Of a DNA stretch of 64,000 nt, positions 12,271 to 24,400 are shown one piece after another. The translations under genes were made by a program, and so were the position numbers. The notes beneath the pieces were generated by a model that saw only the letters and a list, made by a program, of their open reading frames with translations, was not told where the DNA came from and ran no database searches. Position 1 is the stretch's first letter. Every line of letters starts with the position of its first letter. The DNA is from Eledone cirrhosa (taxonomy: Eukaryota). The stretch spans positions 27,342,001 through 27,406,000 of the forward strand of contig OZ024764.1 of assembly GCA_964016885.1 (NCBI GenBank). Reading direction: 5' to 3'.

Positions 12271-12413
12271 TTGTTTCTATTTTAGGCACAAGGTCAGTAA
12301 TTAACCAGTACATTACTAGTACTTTATTTTATCGACCCCGTAAGGATGAAAGGCAAAGTTGACCTCGGATCGTAAAGGGACGTAACTATGCTGGAAAGCA
12401 TGGCGTCAGACCC
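12271..12413 (-). mobile_element. SINE of the same family, B-box deleted, 5' end cut off by fusion to the GA satellite
   Basis: TTTTATCGACCCCGTAAGGATGAAAGGCAAAGTTGACCTCGG^ATCGTAAAGGGACG...GTCAGACCC runs directly into GAGAGACAGAG. The paralogue at 36965-37130 continues TCTACCGATACTGCCAA. Confidence 0.85.
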
Positions 12414-15400
12414 GAGAGACAGAGAGAGCGAGATGACACGAGACAGAGAGCGAGATGAAATGAGAGAGAGAGAGAGAGAGATGAAACGAGAGAGAGAGTG
12501 CGAGATGAAACGAGAGTGAGAGAGCGAGATGAAACGAGAGAGTGAGAGCGAGATGAAATGAGAGAGAGAGAGAACGAGATGAAATGAGAGAGAGAGAGAG
12601 CGAGATGAAATGAGACATAGAGAGATGAAACGAGAGAGAGATGAAACGAGAAAGAGAGGAAACGAGAGAGAGGAAACGTGAGTAGAGAGCGAGATGAAAC
12701 AGGAGAGAGAGAGCGAGATGAAACGAGAGGGAGAGAGAGATGAAACGAGAGAGCGAGAGAGAGATAGAGGGAAATGAAACGACAGAGAGAGAGACAGATG
12801 AAACGAGGGATATAGAGATGAAACGAGAGAGAGAGATGAAACGAGAGAGAGGAAGAGAGAGATAGAACGAGAGAGAGGAAGAGAGAGATGAAACGAGAGA
12901 GAAGAAGACAGAGGTGAAACGAGAGAGAGAGAGAGCGAGATGAAACGAGAGAGAGAGCGAGATGAAACGAGAGAGAGGAAGAGAGAGAGCGAGAGATGAA
13001 ACTCTGTCATGGACATATCTGACCCTGGGGCTAATAATTGTCATGTAATGTTATGGACATCTCTGCCCCTGTGGCTAATAATTCTGTCATGTAATGTTAT
13101 GGACATCTCTGCCCCTGTGGCTAATAATTCTGTCATGTAATGTTATGGAAATCTCTGCCCCTGTGGCTAATAATTCTGACATGTAATGTTATGGAATCTC
13201 TGCCCCTGTGGCTAATAAATCTGTCATTTAATGTTACGGACATCTCTGCCACTGTGGCTAATAAATCTGTCATGTAATGTTATGGACATCTCTGCCCCTG
13301 TGGCTAATAATTCTGACACGTAATGTTATGGACATCTCTGCCCCTGTAGCTAATAATTCTGACATGTAATGTTATGGACATCTCTGCCCCTGTGGCTAAT
13401 AAATTCGTCATGTAATGTTATGGACATCTCTGCCCTTGTGGCTAATAAATCTGTCATGTAATGTTATGGACATCTCTGCCCCTGTGGCTAATAATTCTGA
13501 CATGTAATGTTATGGACATCTCTGCCCCTGTGGCTAATAATTCTGACATGTAATGTTATGGACATCTCTGCCCCTGTGGCTAATAATTCTGAGAGAGATG
13601 AAACAAGTGAGGGATTAGAGAGAGATGAAACAAGTGAGGGATTAGAGTGTTGAAACAAGAGAGAGAGAGGAAGAGAGAGTGAGAGCGAGATGAAACGAGA
13701 GAGAGAGAGAGAGCGAGATGAAATGAGAGAGAGAGAGCGAGATGAAATGAGAGAGAGAGAGCGAGATGAAACGAGACAGAGAGAGCGGGATGAAACGTGA
13801 CAGAGAGAGCAAGAGCGAGATGAAACGAGACAGAGAGAGCGAGATGAAACGAGAGAGAGAGAGCGAGATGAAATGAGAGAGAGAGAGCGAGATGAAATGA
13901 GAGAGAGAGAGCGAGATGAAACGAGAGAGTGAGAGCGAGATGGAACGAGACAGAGAGAGCGAGATGAAACGAGAGTAGGAGAGCTAGATGAAACGAGAGA
14001 GAGAGGAAACGAGAGATACGAAACGAGAGAGAGGAAACGAGAGTAGAGAGCGAGATGAAACAGGAGAGAGAGAGCGAGATGAAACAGGAGAGAGAAAGCG
14101 AGATGAAACGAGAGGGAGAGAGAGATGAAACGAGAGAGCGAGAGAGAGATAGAGGGAGATGAAATGACAGAGAGAGAGACAGATGAAACGAGGGAGATAG
14201 AGATGAAACGAGAGAGAGAGATGAAACGAGAGAGAGGAAGAGAGAGATGGAACGAGAGAGAGGAAGAGAGAGATGGAACGAGAGAGAGGAAGACAGAGAT
14301 GAAACGAGAGAGAGAGAGAGCAAGATGAAACGAGAGAGAGGAAGAGAGAGATGGAACGAGAGAGAGGAAGAGGGAGATGGAACGAGCGAGAGGAAGACAG
14401 AGATGAAACGAGACAGAGAGAGATCGAGATGAAACGAGAGAGAGGAAGAGAGAGAGCGCAAGATGAAACGAGAGAGAGAGAGAGAGCGAGATGAAACGAG
14501 AGAGAGGAAGAGAGAGAGCGCGAGATGAAACGAGAGAGAGGAAGAGAGTGAGCGCGAGATGAAGTGAGAGAGAGAGAGCGAGATGAAATGAGAGATTGAG
14601 AGTGAGATGAAACGAGAGAGTGAGAGAGAGCGAGATGAAATGAGAGAGAGAGAGCGAGATGAAATGAGAGAGAGAGAGCGAGATGAAATGAGAGAGAGAG
14701 AGCGAGATGAAACGAGACAGAGAGAGCGGGATGAAACGAGACAGAGAGATCGAGATGAAATGAGAGAGAGAGAGCGAGATGAAATGAGAGAGAGAGAGCG
14801 AGATGAAACGAGAGAGTGAGAGCGAGATGGAACGAGTCAGAGAGAGCGAGATGAAACGAGAGAGTGAGAGCTAGATGAAACGAGAGAGAGAGGAAACGAG
14901 AGAGAGAGGAAACTAGAGAGAGGAAACAAGAGAGAGGAAACGAGAGTAGAGAGCAAGATGAAACAGGAGAGAGAGAGAGCGAGATGAAACCGGAGAGAGA
15001 GAGCGAGATGAAACGAGAGGGAGGGAGAGATGAAACGAGAGAGCGAGAGAGAGATAGAGGGAGATGAAACGAGAGAGTGATAGCTAGATGAAACGAGAGA
15101 GAGAGGAATAGAGAGATGGAACGAGAGAGAGGAAGACAGATATGAAACGAGAGAGAGAGAGAGAGCGAGATGAAACGAGAGAGAGGAAGAGAGAGAGCGC
15201 GAGATGAAACGAGAGAGAGAGAGCGAGATGAAACGAGAGAGAGAGAGCGAAATGAAACGAGAGAGAGAGAGCGAGATGAAACGAGAGAGAGGAAGAGAGA
15301 GAGCGCGAGATGAAAGTCTGTCATGTAATGTTATGGACATATCTGCCCTTGGGGCTAATAATTGTCATGTAATGTTATGGACATATCTACCCTTGGGGCT

Positions 15401-18400
15401 AATAATTGTCATGTAATGTTATGTACATCTCTGCCCCTGTGGCAAATAATTCTGTCATGTAATGTTATGGACATCTCTGTCCCTGTGGCTAATAATTATG
15501 TCATGTAATGTTATGGACATCTCTGCCCCTGTGGCTAATAATTCTGTCATGTAATGTTATGGACATCTCTGCCCCTGTGGCTAATAAATTTGTCATGTAA
15601 TGTTATGGACATCTCTGCCCCTGTGGCTAATAAATCTGTCATGTAATGTTATGGACATCTCTGCCCCTGTGGCTAATAATTCTGACATGTTATGTTATGG
15701 ATATCTCTGCCCCTGTGGCTAATAATTCTGAGAGAGATGAAACAAGTGAGGGATAAGAGAGAGATGAAACAAGTGAGGGATTAGAGTGTTGAAACAAGAG
15801 AGAGAGAGGAAGAGAGAGTGAGAGCGAGATCAAACGAGAGAGAGAGAGAGAGCGAGATGAAATGAGAGAGAGAGAGCGAGATGAAATGAGAGAGAGAGAG
15901 CGAGATGAAACGAGACAGAGAGAGCGGGATGAAACGTGACAGAGAGAGCAAGAGCGAGATGAAACGAGACAGAGAGAGCGAGATGAAACGAGAGAGAGAG
16001 AGCGAGATGAAATGAGAGAGAGAGAGCGAGATGAAATGAGAGAGAGAGAGCGAGATGAAACGAGAGAGTGAGAGCGAGATGGAACGAGACAGAGAGAGCG
16101 AGATGAAACGAGAGTAGGAGAGCTAGATGAAACGAGAGAGAGAGGAAACGAGATACGAAACGAGAGAGAGGAAACGAGAGTAGAGAGCGAGATGAAACAG
16201 GAGAGAGAGAGCGAGATGAAACAGGAGAGAGAAAGCGAGATGAAACGAGAGGGAGAGAGAGATGAAACGAGAGAGCGAGAGAGAGATAGAGGGAGATGAA
16301 ACGACAGAGAGAGAGACAGATGAAACGAGGGAGATAGAGATGAAACGAGAGAGAGAGATGAAACGAGAGAGAGGAAGAGAGAGATGGAACGAGAGAGAGG
16401 AAGAGAGAGATGGAACGAGAGAGAGGAAGACAGAGATGAAACGAGAGAGAGAGAGAGCAAGATGAAACGAGAGAGAGGAAGAGAGAGATGGAACGAGAGA
16501 GAGGAAGAGAGAGATGGAACGAGCGAGAGGAGGACAGAGATGAAACGAGACAGAGAGAGATCGAGATGAAACGAGAGAGAGGAAGAGAGAGAGCGCAAGA
16601 TGAAACGAGAGAGAGAGAGCGAGATGAAACGAGAGAGAGGAAGAGAGAGAGCGCGAGATGAAACGAGAGAGAGGAAGAGAGAGAGCGCGAGATGAAGTGA
16701 GAGAGAGAGAGCGAGATGAAATGAGAGATTGAGAGTGAGATGAAACGAGAGAGTGAGAGAGAGCGAGATGAAATGAGAGAGAGAGAGCGAGATGAAATGA
16801 GAGAGAGAGAGCGAGATGAAATGAGAGAGAGAGAGCGAGATGAAACGAGACAGAGAGAGCGGGATGAAACGAGACAGAGAGATCGAGATGAAATGAGAGA
16901 GAGAGAGCGAGATGAAATGAGAGAGAGAGAGCGAGATGAAACGAGAGAGTGAGAGCGAGATGGAACGAGTCAGAGAGAGCGAGATGAAACGAGAGAGTGA
17001 GAGCTAGATGAAACGAGAGAGAGAGGAAACTAGAGAGAGGAAACAAGAGAGAGGAAACGAGAGTAGAGAGCAAGATGAAACAGGAGAGAGAGAGAGCGAG
17101 ATGAAACCGGAGAGAGAGAGCGAGATGAAACGAGAGGGAGGGAGAGATGAAACGAGAGAGCGAGAGAGAGATAGAGGGAGATGAAACGAGAGAGTGATAG
17201 CTAGATGAAACGAGAGAGAGAGGAATAGAGAGATGGAACGAGAGAGAGGAAGACAGATATGAAACGAGAGAGAGAGAGAGCGAGATGAAACGAGAGAGAG
17301 GAAGAGAGAGAGCGCGAGATGAAATGAGAGAGAGAGAGCGAGATGAAACGAGAGAGAGAGAGCGAGATGAAACGAGAGAGAGAGAGCGAGATGAAACGAG
17401 AGAGAGGAAGAGAGAGAGCGCGAGATGAAAGTCTGTCATGTAATGTTATGGACATATCTGCCCTTGGGGCTAATAATTGTCATGTAATGTTATGGACATA
17501 TCTACCCTTGGGGCTAATAATTGTCATGTAATGTTATGTACATCTCTGCCCCTGTGGCAAATAATTCTGTCATGTAATGTTATGGACATCTCTGTCCCTG
17601 TGGCTAATAATTATGTCATGTAATGTTATGGACATCTCTGCCCCTGTGGCTAATAATTCTGTCATGTAATGTTATGGACATCTCTGTCCCTGTGGCTAAT
17701 AAATTTGTCATGTAATGTTATGGACATCTCTGCCCCTGTGGCTAATAAATCTGTCATGTAATGTTATGGACATCTCTGCCCCTGTGGCTAATAATTCTGA
17801 CATGTAATGTTATGGATATCTCTGCCCCTGTGGCTAATAATTCTGAGAGAGATGAAACAAGTGAGGGATAAGAGAGAGATGAAACAAGTGAGGGATTAGA
17901 GTGTTGAAACAAGAGAGAGAGAGGAAGAGAGAGTGAGAGCGAGATCAAACGAGAGAGAGAGAGCGAGATGAAATGAGAGAGTGAGAGCGAGATGAAACGA
18001 GAGAGAGAGAGCGAGATGAAATGAGAGAGAGAGAGCGAGATGAAATGAGAGAGAGAGAGCGAGATGAAACGAGACAGAGAGAGCGAGGTGAAACGAGAGA
18101 GAGAGAGAGCGAAATGAAACGAGACAGATTAGAGCGAGATGAAACGAGAGAGAGAGAGCGAGATGAAATGAGAGAGAGAGAGCGAGATGAAACGAGAGAG
18201 TGAGAGCTAGAGGAAACGATAGAGAGAGGAAATGAGAGAGAGAGGAAACGAGAGAGAGGATACGAGAGAGAGGAAACGAGAGTAGAGAGCGAGATGAAAC
18301 AGGAGAGAGAGAGCGAGATGAAACAGGAGAGAGAGAGCGAGATGAAACGAGAGGGAGAGAGAGATGAAACGAGAGAGCGAGAGAGAGATAGAGGGAGATG

Positions 18401-21400
18401 AAACGACAGAGAGAGAGACAGATGAAACAAGTGAGGGATAAGAGAGAGATGAAACAAGTGAGGGATTAGAGTGTTGAAACAAGAGAGAGAGAGGAAGAGA
18501 GAGTGAGAGCGAGATCAAACGAGAGAGAGAGAGCGAGATGAAATGAGAGATTGAGAGTGAGATGAAACGAGAGAGTGAGAGAGAGCGAGATGAAATGAGA
18601 GAGAGAGAGCGAGATGAAATGAGAGAGAGAGAGCGAGATGAAATGAGAGAGAGAGAGCGAGATGAAACGAGACAGAGAGAGCGGGATGAAACGAGACAGA
18701 GAGATCGAGATGAAATGAGAGAGAGAGAGCGAGATGAAATGAGAGAGAGAGAGCGAGATGAAACGAGAGAGTGAGAGCGAGATGGAACGAGTCAGAGAGA
18801 GCGAGATGAAACGAGAGAGTGAGAGCTAGATGAAACGAGAGAGAGAGGAAACGAGAGAGAGAGGAAACTAGAGAGAGGAAACAAGAGAGAGGAAACGAGA
18901 GTAGAGAGCAAGATGAAACAGGAGAGAGAGAGAGCGAGATGAAACCGGAGAGAGAGAGCGAGATGAAACGAGAGGGAGGGAGAGATGAAACGAGAGAGCG
19001 AGAGAGAGATAGAGGGAGATGAAACGAGAGAGTGATAGCTAGATGAAACGAGAGAGAGAGGAATAGAGAGATGGAACGAGAGAGAGGAAGACAGATATGA
19101 AACGAGAGAGAGAGAGAGAGCGAGATGAAACGAGAGAGAGGAAGAGAGAGAGCGCGAGATGAAACGAGAGAGAGAGAGCGAGATGAAACGAGAGAGAGAG
19201 AGCGAGATGAAACGAGAGAGAGAGAGCGAGATGAAACGAGAGAGAGGAAGAGAGAGAGCGCGAGATGAAAGTCTGTCATGTAATGTTATGGACATATCTG
19301 CCCTTGGGGCTAATAATTGTCATGTAATGTTATGGACATATCTACCCTTGGGGCTAATAATTGTCATGTAATGTTATGTACATCTCTGCCCCTGTGGCAA
19401 ATAATTCTGTCATGTAATGTTATGGACATCTCTGTCCCTGTGGCTAATAATTATGTCATGTAATGTTATGGACATCTCTGCCCCTGTGGCTAATAATTCT
19501 GTCATGTAATGTTATGGACATCTCTGCCCCTGTGGCTAATAAATTTGTCATGTAATGTTATGGACATCTCTGCCCCTGTGGCTAATAAATCTGTCATGTA
19601 ATGTTATGGACATCTCTGCCCCTGTGGCTAATAATTCTGACATGTTATGTTATGGATATCTCTGCCCCTGTGGCTAATAATTCTGAGAGAGATGAAACAA
19701 GTGAGGGATAAGAGAGAGATGAAACAAGTGAGGGATTAGAGTGTTGAAACAAGAGAGAGAGAGGAAGAGAGAGTGAGAGCGAGATCAAACGAGAGAGAGA
19801 GAGAGAGCGAGATGAAATGAGAGAGAGAGAGCGAGATGAAATGAGAGAGAGAGAGCGAGATGAAACGAGACAGAGAGAGCGGGATGAAACGTGACAGAGA
19901 GAGCAAGAGCGAGATGAAACGAGACAGAGAGAGCGAGATGAAACGAGAGAGAGAGAGCGAGATGAAATGAGAGAGAGAGAGCGAGATGAAATGAGAGAGA
20001 GAGAGCGAGATGAAACGAGAGAGTGAGAGCGAGATGGAACGAGACAGAGAGAGCGAGATGAAACGAGAGTAGGAGAGCTAGATGAAACGAGAGAGAGAGG
20101 AAACGAGAGATACGAAACGAGAGAGAGGAAACGAGAGTAGAGAGCGAGATGAAACAGGAGAGAGAGAGCGAGATGAAACAGGAGAGAGAAAGCGAGATGA
20201 AACGAGAGGGAGAGAGAGATGAAACGAGAGAGCGAGAGAGAGATAGAGGGAGATGAAACGACAGAGAGAGAGACAGATGAAACGAGGGAGATAGAGATGA
20301 AACGAGAGAGAGAGATGAAACGAGAGAGAGGAAGAGAGAGATGGAACGAGAGAGAGGAAGAGAGAGATGGAACGAGAGAGAGGAAGACAGAGATGAAACG
20401 AGAGAGAGAGAGAGAGCAAGATGAAACGAGAGAGAGGAAGAGAGAGATGGAACGAGAGAGAGGAAGAGAGAGATGGAACGAGCGAGAGGAGGACAGAGAT
20501 GAAACGAGACAGAGAGAGATCGAGATGAAACGAGAGAGAGGAAGAGAGAGAGCGCAAGATGAAACGAGAGAGAGAGAGAGAGCGAGATGAAACGAGAGAG
20601 AGGAAGAGAGAGAGCGCGAGATGAAACGAGAGAGAGGAAGAGAGAGAGCGCGAGATGAAGTGAGAGAGAGAGAGCGAGATGAAATGAGAGATTGAGAGTG
20701 AGATGAAACGAGAGAGTGAGAGAGAGCGAGATGAAATGAGAGAGAGAGAGCGAGATGAAATGAGAGAGAGAGAGCGAGATGAAATGAGAGAGAGAGAGCG
20801 AGATGAAACGAGACAGAGAGAGCGGGATGAAACGAGACAGAGAGATCGAGATGAAATGAGAGAGAGAGAGCGAGATGAAATGAGAGAGAGAGAGCGAGAT
20901 GAAACGAGAGAGTGAGAGCGAGATGGAACGAGTCAGAGAGAGCGAGATGAAACGAGAGAGTGAGAGCTAGATGAAACGAGAGAGAGAGGAAACGAGAGAG
21001 AGAGGAAACTAGAGAGAGGAAACAAGAGAGAGGAAACGAGAGTAGAGAGCAAGATGAAACAGGAGAGAGAGAGAGCGAGATGAAACCGGAGAGAGAGAGC
21101 GAGATGAAACGAGAGGGAGGGAGAGATGAAACGAGAGAGCGAGAGAGAGATAGAGGGAGATGAAACGAGAGAGTGATAGCTAGATGAAACGAGAGAGAGA
21201 GGAATAGAGAGATGGAACGAGAGAGAGGAAGACAGATATGAAACGAGAGGGAGAGAGAGCGAGATGAAACGAGAGAGCGCGAGATGAAACGAGAGAGAGA
21301 GAGCGAGATGAAACGAGAGAGAGAGAGCGAGATGAAACGAGAGAGAGAGAGCGAGATGAAACGAGAGAGAGGAAGAGAGAGAGCGCGAGATGAAAGTCTG

Positions 21401-24400
21401 TCATGTAATGTTATGGACATATCTGCCCTTGGGGCTAATAATTGTCATGTAATGTTATGGACATATCTACCCTTGGGGCTAATAATTGTCATGTAATGTT
21501 ATGTACATCTCTGCCCCTGTGGCAAATAATTCTGTCATGTAATGTTATGGACATCTCTGTCCCTGTGGCTAATAATTATGTCATGTAATGTTATGGACAT
21601 CTCTGCCCCTGTGGCTAATAATTCTGTCATGTAATGTTATGGACATCTCTGTCCCTGTGGCTAATAAATTTGTCATGTAATGTTATGGACATCTCTGCCC
21701 CTGTGGCTAATAAATCTGTCATGTAATGTTATGGACATCTCTGCCCCTGTGGCTAATAATTCTGACATGTAATGTTATGGATATCTCTGCCCCTGTGGCT
21801 AATAATTCTGAGAGAGATGAAACAAGTGAGGGATAAGAGAGAGATGAAACAAGTGAGGGATTAGAGTGTTGAAACAAGAGAGAGAGAGGAAGAGAGAGTG
21901 AGAGCGAGATCAAACGAGAGAGAGAGAGCGAGATGAAATGAGAGAGTGAGAGCGAGATGAAACGAGAGAGAGAGAGCGAGATGAAATGAGAGAGAGAGAG
22001 CGAGATGAAATGAGAGAGAGAGAGCGAGATGAAACGAGACAGAGAGAGCGAGGTGAAACGAGAGAGAGAGAGAGCGAAATGAAACGAGACAGATTAGAGC
22101 GAGATGAAACGAGAGAGAGAGAGCGAGATGAAATGAGAGAGAGAGAGCGAGATGAAACGAGAGAGTGAGAGCTAGAGGAAACGATAGAGAGAGGAAATGA
22201 GAGAGAGAGGAAACGAGAGAGAGGATACGAGAGAGAGGAAACGAGAGTAGAGAGCGAGATGAAACAGGAGAGAGAGAGCGAGATGAAACAGGAGAGAGAG
22301 AGCGAGATGAAACGAGAGGGAGAGAGAGATGAAACGAGAGAGCGAGAGAGAGATAGAGGGAGATGAAACGACAGAGAGAGAGACAGATGAAACAAGTGAG
22401 GGATAAGAGAGAGATGAAACAAGTGAGGGATTAGAGTGTTGAAACAAGAGAGAGAGAGGAAGAGAGAGTGAGAGCGAGATCAAACGAGAGAGAGAGAGCG
22501 AGATGAAATGAGAGAGTGAGAGCGAGATGAAACGAGAGAGAGAGAGCGAGATGAAATGAGAGAGCGAGAGCGAGATGAAATGAGAGAGAGAGAGCGAGAT
22601 GAAACGAGACAGAGAGAGCGAGATGAAACGAAAGAGAGAGAGAGCGAAATGAAACGAGACAGATTAGAGCGAGATGAAACGAGAGAGAGAGAGCGAGATG
22701 AAATGAGAGAGAGAGAGCGAGATGAAACGAGAGAGTGAGAGCTAGAGGAAACGAGAGAGAGAGGAAACGAGAGTAGAGAGCGAGATGAAACAGGAGAGAG
22801 AGAGCGAGATGAAACAGGAGAGAGAGAGCGAGATGAAACAGGAGAGAGAGAGCGAGATGAAACAGGAGAGAGAGAGCGAGATGAAACGAGAGGGAGAGAG
22901 AGATGAAACGAGAGAGCGAGAGAGAGATAGAGGGAGATGAAACGACAGAGAGAGAGACAGATGAAACGAGGGAGATAGAGATGAAACGAGAGAGAGAGAT
23001 GAAACGAGAGAGAGGAAGAGAGAGATGGAACGAGAGAGAGGAAGAGAGAGATGGAACGAGAGAGAGGAAGACAGAGATGAAACGAGAGAGAGAGAGAGCG
23101 AGATGAAACGAGAGAGAGGAAGAGAGAGAACGCGAGATGAAACGAGAGAGAGAGAGAGCAAGATGAAACGAGAGAGAGGAAGAGAGAGAGCGCAAGATGA
23201 AACGAGAGAGAGAGAGCGCGAGATGAAAGTCTGTCATGTAATGTTATGGACACATCTGCCCTTGGGGCTAATAATTGTCATGTAATGTTATGGAAATCTC
23301 TGCCCCTGTGGCTAATAATTCTGTCATGTAATGTTATGGACATCTCTGCCCCTGTGGCTAATAATTCTGTCATGTAATGTTATGGACATCTCTGCCCCTG
23401 TGGCTAATAAATCTGTCATGTAATGTTATGGACATCTCTGCCCCTGTGGCTAATAATTCTGACATGTAATGTTATGGACATCTCTGCCCCTGTGGCTAAT
23501 AAATATGACATGTAATGTTATGGACATCTCTGCCCCTGTGGCTAATAAATCTGTCATGTAATGTTATGGACATCTCTGCCCCTGTGGCTAATAATTCTGA
23601 CATGTAATGTTATGGACATCTCTGCCCCTGTGGCTAATAATTCTGAGCTAGATGAAACAAGTGAGGGATTAGATAGAGATGAAACAAGTGAGGGATTAGA
23701 GTGTTGAAACAAGAGAGAGAGAGGAAGAGAGAGTGAAAGCGAAATCAAACGAGAGAGAGCGAGATGAAATGAGAGAGTGAGAGCGAGATTAAACGAGAGA
23801 GAGAGAGAGAGCGAGATGAAATGAGAGAGAGAGAGCGAGATGAAATGAGAGAGAGAGAGCGAGATGAAACGAGACAGAGAGAGCGGGATGAAACGAGACA
23901 GAGAGCGAGAGCGAGATGAAACGAGACAGAGAGAGCGAGATGAAACGAGAGAGAGAGAGCGAGATGAAATGAGAGAGAGAGAGCGAGATGAAATGAGAGA
24001 GAGAGAGCGAGATGAAACGAGAGAGTGAGAGCGAGATGGAACGAGACAGAGAGAGCGAGATGAAACGAGAGTGGGAGAGCTAGATGAAACGAGAGAGAGA
24101 GGAAACGAGAGAGACGAAACGAGAGAGAGGAAACGAGAGTAGAGAGCGAGATGAAACAGGAGAGAGAGAGCGAGATGAAACAGGAGAGAGAGAGCGAGAT
24201 GAAACGAGAGGGAGAGAGAGATGAAACGAGAGAGCGAGAGAGAGATAGAGGGAGATGAAACGACAGAGAGAGATACAGATGAAACGAGGGAGATAGAGAT
24301 GAAACGAGAGAGAGAGATGAAACGAGAGAGAGGAAGAGAGAGATGGAACGAGAAAGAGGAAGAGAGAGATGGAACGAGAGAGAGGAAGACAGAGATGAAA

